Assembly: GCA_964035545.1 (NCBI GenBank)
Contig: OZ037765.1
Location: 5,776,698-5,840,697, forward strand
Direction: 5' to 3'
DNA length: 64,000 nucleotides
DNA from: Bugula neritina
Taxonomy: Eukaryota > Animalia > Bryozoa
The position numbers and the translations under genes are program-made. Shown piece after piece: positions 40,495-51,029 of the stretch (position 1 is its first letter; each line of letters opens with the position of its first letter). Under the pieces are notes generated by a model. It was given only the letters and a program-made list of their open reading frames with translations, was not told where the DNA came from and did not search any database.

Positions 40495-40640
40495 GGCTAT
40501 ATCTATGACTGTAACTATAGTTATGTTTAAGTAACAATATATCACAAGATATTCAGCCACCATCAATCATCATCTAAAGTTGCAGTCGACACAAAAGTAA
40601 AAAATAACAATAAAACTCTCGGCTACATTACCAAACGATA
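40495..40640. repeat. Short cryptic 6-bp-periodic tract between MGMT and DCXR
   Basis: ggctat atctat gactgt aactat agttat ... aataac aataaa actctc ggctac attacc. Confidence 0.5.
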
Positions 40641-40903
40641 TATTACTTTTCAAAACACTAATTTGTTTTATATTACCAAATTATGGTTGCTAGATGACAA
40701 CAATATTCATTTTAAGTGAAATTGCCCAGTATAATGTTATGTATGACAACCCGCCACCCTCGAAGGACCACGGCAGTGAAAGGTGACCAATGTCATGTAT
40801 GATAACTGGGCAAACGTTGGGTTAAAAAACAACAAAGTATTTTTTACAGTATTCAGATTTTCTAGGAGGAAATTAATGGCTCTCTACGTACCATCTAAAG
40901 GCA

Positions 40904-41155
40904 ATCGATATATGTCATGTTTTTGCTGTAGAGTTTAGTCAGTAGCGGGTATGCAATTCCACAACATGCCCTGGCATGTTCAAAATTCAAGCTCTTGCCG
41001 TGCCCGCGTTTACACTTTACAATGAACTTTATGCTAGCGATTGACCCCAGTGTGCAGTGAAGTGTAGCATTCATTAGAACCTGCAGCGGCAAGAATAACG
41101 TACTGCAACTGACGACGACCGGCTGCTTTTGGGTGATTTACAGAATTGTGTCGAT
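40904..41155 (+). other. Candidate structured non-coding RNA segment (possibly a DCXR 5'-UTR exon)
   Basis: Five concentric helices plus an internal hairpin. Mismatches are mostly G.U-compatible on +. It ends exactly at a GTAAGT donor (41156). Confidence 0.4.
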
Positions 41156-41318
41156 GTAAGTAGTGACTAGCAGTAATTAATTCAAATTTAAACATGGTTA
41201 ATGAATATTTGTCTTTTTTCAACTATCGGCTTTCAGTCTGAGAATAAAAATTGAAAAGACTGCAGGCATAAATTATCATTACTGTCAACTGCAATCTTTA
41301 CCTCAAGACAGAAAAGTA

Positions 41319-41415
41319 TACCTACCTACCTACCTACCTACCTACCTACCTACCTACCTACCTACCTACCTACCTACCTACCTACCTACCTACCTACCTA
41401 CCTACCTACCTACCT
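41319..41415. repeat. (CCTA)n/(TAGG)n microsatellite, ~24 units
   Basis: Perfect tetranucleotide run. Confidence 0.97.
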
Positions 41416-43197
41416 TATACCTACCACTTCAAGCTAGATCATAGTGTTTGACCCTGACCCTAGCTGTTTCAGCTGATTGACCATATTACAGTGATAGTTT
41501 TTATGTAGTTTTAGTCCTAAATTTTTAAGGTAAATTATTAATTTAAATAGCTATAAATTCATAGAAATATTTTTGATGAATATTTCGATATCACAAGCTA
41601 TTAGATAATGCTATTGCATCCAGCAAGGCAGCTCAATAGGGAATATTATCACTAGCCACTGTAATTAGGTTTTCCAAGAAGATCCAGAGCCTCAGTGAAC
41701 CCAAAAACAGAAGTAATTGCATTACAGTGCAAAGTGGAGGTTTGAAAGAAGCTTCAAATGCTTTAATAATACTAACTTGAAAGAAGAATCACCTTATGAC
41801 TGATAGCATAATAATAATAATAATGTACTACTAGGTACTAGCCCAATTTTGCAATGCTTTGTCTGCAGTGTGGCACTGCATTATAGTTGCACATGCCATA
41901 ATTTCACTCTATTTATGTAGAGTGTAGACTCATTGAGCTAGAATTATATTTCAGTGTGTAGAATGTACAGGACTATTTAAAATTAGTCACGTCAGAATGG
42001 TATTGTGAGAAAGTGCATTCAATTTGTCATTAAAATGTTGTAGAAGTAAAATTAAACAGCTATGTGCATGTATAGGGCAATGTGTAAATGCTACATAACT
42101 GTTTGCCGCCCAGTTTCTACAGACTTCACTCTTCAAGCATGTTCATATTTCTGTAAAAAATTCAACAATCATCCCAAGAACAGAGGCTTTGAGGCAGCAG
42201 CTTTTAATAGACATGTTTCTTGCTAGCTAAAGTTTGTGTATATCTACTAGAAATAGAGGAATATTTTGCATGGTATTTATAATATTTGGTTTACATAATT
42301 TCTAAACTGCTCAGTCAGTCAAAGTACACTGGTTTTAAAAATACCTGTTAGGTAATCATTTGAATGGCTAAACATAGTTAATTTAAAATGTCACTGATTT
42401 TTTTTTTAAATTAGAGTGATGACCAAATGTGTGGGTTATTTGCGAACATCTCAGCAACCAGGGAACTAAATAAAATATTATAATATTATGTAGTCAATGA
42501 ACTACAGCTAGAAAAGTACTTATTTATATGAGTTTGTTGGTTGAACATTACTTTGAATTAGATAGAGCTTGAAGCAGATGCATACTGCAGAGGGGTTTAG
42601 GGATAGAAGTGCCTAAACTAGGTTATATCTGATCTACCACCTCCTCTCTTCCAGTTCCTACACTCCATCATTCAGTTATCTTAAATGTAGCCATCAATAA
42701 GTTATATAACAAGCTAAGTTAATTATCTGCAATTTTATGCTTGTCTGCTGCAGAAAACTGAAGTTGACATCCCTAAATTACTTACAGCTGCCCACAAAAA
42801 TTGAACCTTATCTGCATTTTGCTGTGGATATGTTGGCTCGCTGCCATGAAATTGACTATACCTAACTGAGTGTACATGTAGTGGAAACCACCTGAATTTT
42901 AGTGAAAATTTTATCAACAATTGTGGTTACAAAGGAATTACCAGAATTGATTTTATGCCAACAATTTTCATGTGCCACATATTACCTTTGAGTGAATGTG
43001 AAAATTGTAAGTTACATTTTCAATCAAGAGTAAACAACTCCAGAGTTTCCATACTTGTATCGCTAGCGGGATAAAATAAATGATACAAATTAATTCCATT
43101 ATTAGACAATTGAGCAATTTATGCATATATATTATTTGCACTGCACTATGTGTTATTTAATGATTTTCATGTAATTGTAGCTTTGCAAGTTTAAAGA

Positions 43198-43932
43198 ATG
43201 GAAATAACTTTCAACGGAAAGAGAGCTTTGGTAACAGGAGCTGGCAAGGGCATAGGAAGAGTGATTGTGATAGAACTGATGAAATGCGGTGCACAAGTAG
43301 TAGCACTGAGCAGAACCCAGTCAGACCTGGATTCATTGAAAGCTGAATATCCTCAAGTAGAAACAGTCCTTTGTGATCTTGCCGATTTACAAGAATCAAA
43401 CAAGATTATTGCAGGTCTAGGGGACTTCGATTTGCTGGTTAACAACGCTGCCATAGCAAGATGCGACTCTATCCTGGACACCAAGTGCTCCGATGTTGCC
43501 GATATGATGAACATAAATGTCAATGCAGTTATTAATGTCTCACAAGTTGTGGTGAGAAGTATGATCAGAAGAGGGAATGGCGGAGCAATAGTCAACATAT
43601 CAAGCCAGGCATCAATGGCAGCGTTAGCTGATCACGTTGGCTATGCTGCCACTAAAGGAGCTCTGGACTCTGCTACCAGAGTGATGGCTTGTGAATTGGG
43701 CCCAAAGAACATACGAGTAAACGCTGTAAACCCAACTGTAATAACTACAGACATGTCAATGGCTGGATGGTCGGACCCAGCAAGGGCAGCCTGGATGAAA
43801 GAGCGAATACCATTGGGCAGATTTGGTGACCCTATTGAAGTGGCCCAGCCAGTATTGTTTTTGCTAAGTGACAAGGCTTCCATGATTAATGGAACCACCA
43901 TACCTATCGATGGTGGATTTACTGCTTGCTAA
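43198..43932 (+). CDS. DCXR: L-xylulose reductase / dicarbonyl reductase (SDR family), 244 aa, single coding exon
   Basis: TGAGKGIG cofactor motif, LLVNNAA, NISSQAS and YAATK catalytic residues, and a DCXR-typical C-terminus (ELGPKNIRVNAVNPTV...WSDP...RIPLGRF...LFLLSDKASMINGTTIPIDGGFTAC). An acceptor (tgtag|) at 43180 implies a 5'-UTR intron. Confidence 0.93.
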   Translation: MEITFNGKRALVTGAGKGIGRVIVIELMKCGAQVVALSRTQSDLDSLKAEYPQVETVLCDLADLQESNKIIAGLGDFDLLVNNAAIARCDSILDTKCSDVADMMNINVNAVINVSQVVVRSMIRRGNGGAIVNISSQASMAALADHVGYAATKGALDSATRVMACELGPKNIRVNAVNPTVITTDMSMAGWSDPARAAWMKERIPLGRFGDPIEVAQPVLFLLSDKASMINGTTIPIDGGFTAC

Positions 43933-44453
43933 CAAAACTTTCAAGATTTTATATAGTGCTGATATATATATACATAGCTTTTTCATAGTTAAATTCATGT
44001 AATTCAAAATGACTACAGTTTAGTTTACTTTTTTATAACTAGTTTATTGCAATAACAAATAAATAACAGACTAGTCCATACACCAGATGACACCATTCGC
44101 TGTCTTTTCTCAGCATCCTCAGTTATTTACTACAAAATAAATAAAAATTCACACGTTACTAGCATTATATATTCAAGTCATGTTTCAAGGTTTATACACA
44201 TCAACACAAAAACAGCTACTGCTGAGGTATAACACTCAAATAAAAATAACCATAGAATAATTATTATATTTTCATGCAATTTAGGGCTTTAGGCACATTC
44301 ACCAGATTTCAAAGCAGTTGGGTGAAGTTTTTTAATTGATAGAAAACGAAGCTAGTGAAAATTCGCAGTGCAAGAGTGAATTAGAATGAACCTACATTAT
44401 CAACAAATGCTTACAACAAAATAATGCAGATTACTCAAATGTAGACATACTGT

Positions 44454-45905
44454 TTATCGCAGCCGCCTAGCCTCTCTTTCAGTTTCCAGTAGAGTCAAAA
44501 TATCACCTTCTCTTACTGGCCCTTTAACGTTGCGGATAATAGATCTGCTGCTTTCATCTAAAAACTCTACTCTGACCTAACAACATAAATTGGATACATT
44601 TTTTTCATAACACGAAGAAGTATAGAAAAACAGAGGAAACTATAGCTCAAATTTGAGCACATATAAGGATATACTATGAACACTTATTACAGTTACTAAC
44701 ATTATTACAAATATTTGAAAACAATTATTCTATTATTCAAGTCAAATTTCACCTAAAAGTTAAGGAAACCAGATAGAGAATATAGACTGTGTATATAGAT
44801 CATACCTGTGTACACTGGCCTTGAGAGCCTGTTCTACCAAGAACTTTGATAACCTATAATAAAAGTAGAACATATGATCATGGAAATTGTTAAACTGTAC
44901 AGTTGTACAATAACAAGGTGCAGTTATCCTAAAAAAGTACTATAAGATTGAGTATTACAATAAGTGTTGGAGAAACAAGTATCAGTATGATACTGAGAGT
45001 AAAGGTTTTAGGCTGAAGGTGAGCGTCATTAAGGTGTCAAGCCAAGTTCAAGCCTTTTTTACCCGTCTGCTTAACGAAATAATATAAGTAACTATAAGAT
45101 TAAGTTGAAGCAATACTAAAGTGACACTGTGACTGAACAAAATCACTACAAATTCAATTACTCACTTTACACACTACTGGTGATTACAAGTACAGCAATT
45201 AATGAAAATTTTTGTCCAAGTTAATTATAAAAAAAACACCTAATGCATGATGACAATTACGATTGTTTTGCTCTTTCTATTCAGATTTAATTATAATCTC
45301 AAACTTGAAAAGCATAATAGAATTAATAATATGCGAGAACGAGTACGACTAGGAGTAGGAGTAGCCGTAGGTCAATGGACAGCAAACTCAATTCTCGATT
45401 TTGTTTTAAATCAACATTCATATTGTGATTGATATAAATGCGATAAAATTAAGCTTCCGAGATTTTCTGTAAGTGTTCAAGTCTTACAAATTGAAATGCA
45501 TTCTGATTACGATATTGATTGAGATTATCATTTTGATAATGATTCTGATTAAGTTTAACTTCAGAAGAAAAGTTGGTTTTGCCTTTCACTGCATGTTTCA
45601 GTTTGAGTTTGTCCAAAATCACTATGAAAATCACAATAACAACAACGATGACTAGGCTAATAATAATAACACTACTAAGAGTAAGTAACATTCGCACTGA
45701 CAGTGACTCAGACTGGTCGAAAACTTAAGAGTTAAGAGGAAATGTTTACTAAATAATTCATTATTGGGTGACATCGATAGCTTCAACGGACCAAAATTAA
45801 AAAATAATATTTCAGTTCCACGGGGATTTTAACAATTGAGAATAAAATATTTAATATACTTACTTTAGCCATTTTTAGACTTTGTGCTCCAGCGGTTTTA
45901 TCCAT
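44454..45905 (-). CDS. RPS28: 40S ribosomal protein S28 (eS28), 70 aa; not in the ORF track
   Basis: Exons 45905-45864, 44853-44806 and 44576-44454 give [71 protein letters not shown] further intron (44450-44130) starts 3 nt after the stop. Confidence 0.97.
44935..45730. repeat. Cryptic 6-bp-periodic tract filling RPS28 intron 1
   Basis: gagaac gagtac gactag gagtag gagtag ccgtag; gatatt gattga gattat catttt gataat gattct gattaa; cagttt gagttt. Spurious ORFs here show alternating dipeptides ([31 protein letters not shown]). Confidence 0.8.
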
Positions 45906-45935
45906 TTTGGATTTATCTACTAGGACTTCAGTAGC

Positions 45936-45949
45936 AAAAAGAAAGGAAA
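45936..45949 (-). promoter_or_regulatory. Polypyrimidine TCT initiator / 5'TOP tract of RPS28
   Basis: The minus strand reads TTTCCTTTCTTTTT ~30-45 nt upstream of the ATG, as is typical of ribosomal-protein genes. Confidence 0.7.
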
Positions 45950-48225
45950 TGCAAGGGTGCGCGATTGATAAAGTGAACTATGTTTACAAAGCACGCGTAG
46001 AGTTGCTAAATGAAAAGACAACTGCTAAATTAATGCACACCGCTGTGGCATGATGATGGTGCGTATTATTGTGATTACTCATTGCTTTTTTCAAAATACA
46101 GTGTGGACAATTAATTATAAGATTAATTTAGGGACACTTTATACAACTTAAAACGTTTTTGTAAGCAGTCCGTTTACAGTTTATGCACCTTGAAAATGCG
46201 CACTACAACTAAGATTAGAATGGCAAATTAATAATTGGTTCTAGAAATTTATACTTTATTTCTATTACTGTGGGTATTGGTGTGAATGCATGTTTAACAG
46301 AATGCTGTATTTAACGATTTGAATTATAGTCAATGCATGTATATATATCACAAAACTATCAAGTTGTGTGCAGTGGTTCAAATCTGGAGAGAATACAGCT
46401 ATGCTAAAACTTGAATAGTACAAATTTCCGGGCTTATATAATTCTTATAAAGTAGAATGTCAGGGGGTACGCCTAACTTTATATAGGAGACCACCAAGAA
46501 AATATGGTGAGGGTATGGCATACCACTATGTACCCCCTCACCTTGACCAATTGTGTGTGTAAGTTCAACAGCCTAGTCAATTACAAATTTTATTATCTTA
46601 TACACTGTGCTAAGCATTTTCTAATAGTTACATGGTTCATTGTTCATGCAACTTCAGGTTTTAGTTTCATTGAAGTTATTTTAGGACATATTCTTTTTTA
46701 TGGGCAGAATTTTCTTGCATAGAAATTAAGTTTTAATTGTTCACCAGCACAAAATTTTCATTACTTACTCAAACTTAGTTGATCAATGTCAGCAATAATG
46801 CAATATAATACCGTTTTTTATTTTCATAGCATTTCTAACCATGTATTTTAGCTGTTTTAATACGCATCAGTTAAATTAGCGTTATCGCTTATATATATAG
46901 TTTACAGAGTATAGCCTAATTTTACAACATTGTGTTTATGACGTTTAAATATAAATTATTATGGTTTTATTATTAACTTTTTTAAAATTACTTTTCCTAT
47001 TTTACAATGGGTTGACAACCCTAACTTAAAAATGTTGTTTTGGGTTTTTTCATCATTTTCCGTGACTATTTTACAGAATGTTAGAATTGACAATATTTAC
47101 AGTGCAGAGAGCTAGTTTAAACAATTATTGTGACTTTTGAGTGAACAGCTGTTTAATATTGTAGTTGTGCCATCATGCAAGCAGCGTGCATAGCCTCATG
47201 ATTTGGAGTTTTCTTTTTCTTTTTATTATACAAGTTATTGATTTTAATCCTTTTAGACTGCACTCACGAGATACTTCATAACTCCTGTATTATAAAAGTA
47301 GTTTTTTTTGTGTCCATCTGTGCATTGAGCAGAGTCATATTCATGGTCAACCTTAAGCATTTTAATGACATAAAAAGTGCAGAAGGCTTCTGTAACAACT
47401 TAATTAATTCATGTGACGCTAGCACTTGATGCAGTTGCAAGTTTTAGATGATGGCATTTGTTCAATTTCAGAGGTAAATTTAATTGTTTAATGAAAATTT
47501 CTTTCATGTAATAATCCTTGACTTGTATCTTAAGAACAGTGATTTAGATATTGCTGAACGTTTATTATACTAACACAACAGTCAATATGGCATTAAATAA
47601 ATAATACATAAAATACTGTTTTATCACACAGCTTGTTATCACAATATAGCACCATAACTAACTACAAAAATACATTGCTGCTTAAATAGTATAAGCATGC
47701 TGTCTTTACAACATGTCATTATAACAATAAATAATAAATAATCAGTTTTAAATAAATAAATAGTAAAATAAATGCAGTGTTACAGAAAAACACTTAAAAA
47801 ACTAAAGACATAATTGTTGATTTCCAAGTCCATTGAAATTTTTATTGCTTTGCTTGCATTGTTATATAGATTTGGCACCATGCATTATACTAGCTGTATA
47901 GAATACATAATTTTTACTTTAGAGATTTCCACTTGTTTGTTTGAGCGAGCTGTTATCACAGATTCCTGAAATAAAAATAAAAATATTATTTTATGATCAC
48001 ATTCATGAGTTTAAATTACAGACTATAAGTTTTTATTCCATGAGAGCAGTGAAAATTTTAATACAATGATGTTGTTCTCTACTTTTTACAGAGAGAATAT
48101 TGCAAGCTCATAGCTAAAAATTATGCTGGAATATAATAACTGAGCTAAAATAACTGAAAAGCAACTCAAAGCTCACCTGATCAAATGGATGAGGTAGAGA
48201 TCCTATGTGAAGGTAGTGTGTATCA

Positions 48226-49370
48226 CTACAATGAAGACGAACTGTCTAAATGTCTTAGGATTGAGTAAATCATTTCAGGACGTATTTTGCTGGGTTGTCT
48301 AATATTTGTTTTAGACCTTGTTCTGCTAATATATACAGGCTTAGAAGTGGTAGTAGTAGTGGTGGTAGTTTGTGGATCATTCTCTTTAGATGTAGTCCAT
48401 TGAGATCGCATTCTACTCCTCATTCTCTCTAACACTGTGGCAGCAGTGCCTACATTGTCTAGCCCCATTAATGCTACAACAAAAATATAACCAATGTCAT
48501 TTTTTTTCTAATTAAATATCTAGCTTTTACCAAAAAATATGTATGCTATAACAGAAACTCATTTATTATTATTGATCATTTTTTAAACAATATCAGCAGA
48601 AATCTTTGTATGAAAACATTAGTTTATCTTATTCCAGAAAAATCTTTAATTTGCATTCACTGAGCGTTAATATGCCGCATCATTTAGCAGTGATTATTTA
48701 CAACCACAAAAAGCTCATAGCAGACACTTGTCACTATTGTCACTAACACTTGATGACTTTTGGATTTATACAATGAAGTTCAAATTCAAATATCAACATA
48801 ATATTTCACCAGCATGCTGAGAGCATGACATTTAAGTGTGTTCTTGTAGCATTGCATATTTGTTCTTAAAACAATGTGTTATCTACTGAAAAGTTGCTTT
48901 ATTACTGGTATTTAATAAACGAGTTTCTTATCAACCCAAATGCCACATTCTACATGCATTGTGTGATTGTAACCATCACCTAATAAACTCGCTGCTGATA
49001 AAATACTGCCGTTGAGTTAATTTCATTCAAAAGAGATTACAGATTGCATAGTTTAAAACTCACATAATCGTCTGTAGCGGCTCTTTTGACTTGGTTCAGA
49101 AGTTTTCAACACGGAGTTGGCTAACATTTCACCCAATAGAACTTTTTCCCGCATGCTTAACTTGTATTTCGCTGTTGTATATGTATCTATCTCTGTTGTA
49201 GCTGATAATGTGGTAGTGTCAAGTTGTTCTAAGTCCCAATCATTGTTAGAAGACAGTTCGCTGTAAGAGTTGACTAATACAGGCTTTGAGATCGCGAAGC
49301 AGTTTAATAATCCAATATATAGAATTAGCATAGTCCGAAATGTGTTTAGCGCAAGCTTAGATACCTCCAT
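48226..49370 (-). CDS. Uncharacterised secreted protein, ~184 aa, prohormone-like layout
   Basis: Exons 49370-49064 and 48473-48226 join in phase 1 (T|gtgagt ... tgtag|CA). There is a hydrophobic N-terminal segment (MLILYIGLLNCFA), an acidic/Thr-rich spacer, an RYRR furin-type site, then LSLMGLDNVGTAATVLERMRSRMRSQW and a poly-Thr tail. Flanking UTR splice sites lie at 49402 and 48176/47966. Confidence 0.65.
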
Positions 49371-51029
49371 AATAAGTTTGTAAAGTCTGTGGCTGTGCTT
49401 TCTACAACATACATCATATAGAATAATATTTTAATGCTGAACTGTCTATGTTTTAGAATCTAGACAGTTATACTATTCATGAAAAAAACTAAAGTAATGT
49501 AAATAAGTCATATTTAAAAATATAGGCTTGTGCAACGCCTAGCTTGTTGCAAATATGTTTAGTTGAATTGACAAAAACAGAATTCTTTAGATAATTTGTA
49601 AAACACAATCACTTTTTACCTGCCAATAAAGTCTATGAAGGAGTTACAGTTTCTATTTTTACTATGTGTATCCAGAGACTGATGTAACACTGTAACACTG
49701 AGCTGTGTGCAGTACAAGTCTTCAGAGTATAATGGTTTATTGATAGTGAAGACTTCTCCTTTTATACTCTCCCTTGTGCTTAGATCATATTGATATTGAC
49801 TCAACTCATGCGTGTATCTTACCTAGCATCACAATGTTGACATAATCTCATGCCTGCAAGGCTTCCATTCATTGGCTTATTGTGTGTGGCTAAAACTTGT
49901 TGAACATAATTATACTTCTAACTGTATGATATATTATACTCATGAATATATGCCATATACTTTCTTAAACATTTTGAGCACTTTGAGCACTTTGCAAACT
50001 TGGCAAAGGATGACCTTCATTTAGCCCTCAAAACCCTAGGAGTTGAAAGTTTATGACGCACAACCCATGCTGTGAACAATTGATAGAGTTGTAAATTGCA
50101 GCAATTAAAATGCATATGTGTTGAAATGATGTAGTTTATTCCCCAAACATTAATTTAATTTGTGCCAGCTCACTAGATAATTTTTTGCACATTTTCTTCT
50201 TGAAAATGCAAACAAACTTTTGCTTTTATAAATTACAGTTCACATGAACTAAATATTACATGCTAGCAAGTGCTACAGAAGGCAAAGCATTTGATGCAGA
50301 TTTTGCTTTTCCAACTGCTGGTTATTCTTAAAACTGGGTTATAAAAAAATCAACCTTGAAGAAAATTTTGGACAAATGCATAAAACTCCAGTCTAACGCA
50401 GATTTTGAATTTCTTTTAAATACAAGCATTTATTTTATTGCTTAACTTATTGCAGTTAAAACTACAACATAATATTTCTTCATCTTTAATAATATTATAC
50501 TATAGTCTACAGTCTATACTCTATACCAATCAGTTGTAATGTATATTTTTTGCTTAAATTATTACAATTAATTGCAAAAATATTTTTCAAATGCTGGCAT
50601 AGAATAGACGCTTAACTGCAAAGATGTAAAAATATGAAACAGTTATAAAAATTACATGAATAACAAAGAGCCACTTGCATGGATTTTATTTTTCATAGAG
50701 TTGTCATCTTTATAACACTAAAACTAGGGTATTCGATGTCTTAAAACGTTTATACTTTCGAATCACGAAGCATAAGTATACCATTACGATGTCACGGAAT
50801 TTAAACAAGAGGCAAATTACCACGAGTCCATTTGATTTTTTTAATCAAAATGGCTTCGAAAATTGTTTTGGTTGCCAACATAAATTTGAATTTACAGGCA
50901 TAGTTATAATTATCATGGTTACACGTTACACAAATTATCTCGTACTTGTGACGCAAAAAGCGTAAAATAAATTTTTATCCATTTTCATTTTGTCTTAAAG
51001 TTGCCATAAATAGCTGAGTTTTAAATCAT

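Noticed and set aside
40932-41155. Selenoprotein exon (open frame with a single TGA at 41058)
   Set aside because: No similarity to selenoprotein motifs (no CxxU/UxxC), no upstream coding exon and no SECIS recognised.
239-43901. Numerous antisense ORFs overlapping GDI, laminin and DCXR exons
   Set aside because: They are stop-poor shadows of real coding exons with no recognisable protein features.
44130-45863. Intronic snoRNAs in RPS28
   Set aside because: No convincing paired C/D boxes or H/ACA double hairpin were seen on the sense strand; a covariance-model scan would be needed.
46460-46545. GC-rich mini inverted repeat (GGGGGTAC...GTACCCCC)
   Set aside because: Too short and seen only once; probably a transposon remnant that cannot be classified here.
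47015-47030. CAACCCTAACT as a telomerase RNA template
   Set aside because: An isolated short match in AT-rich DNA, with no pseudoknot, CR4/5 or H/ACA features visible.
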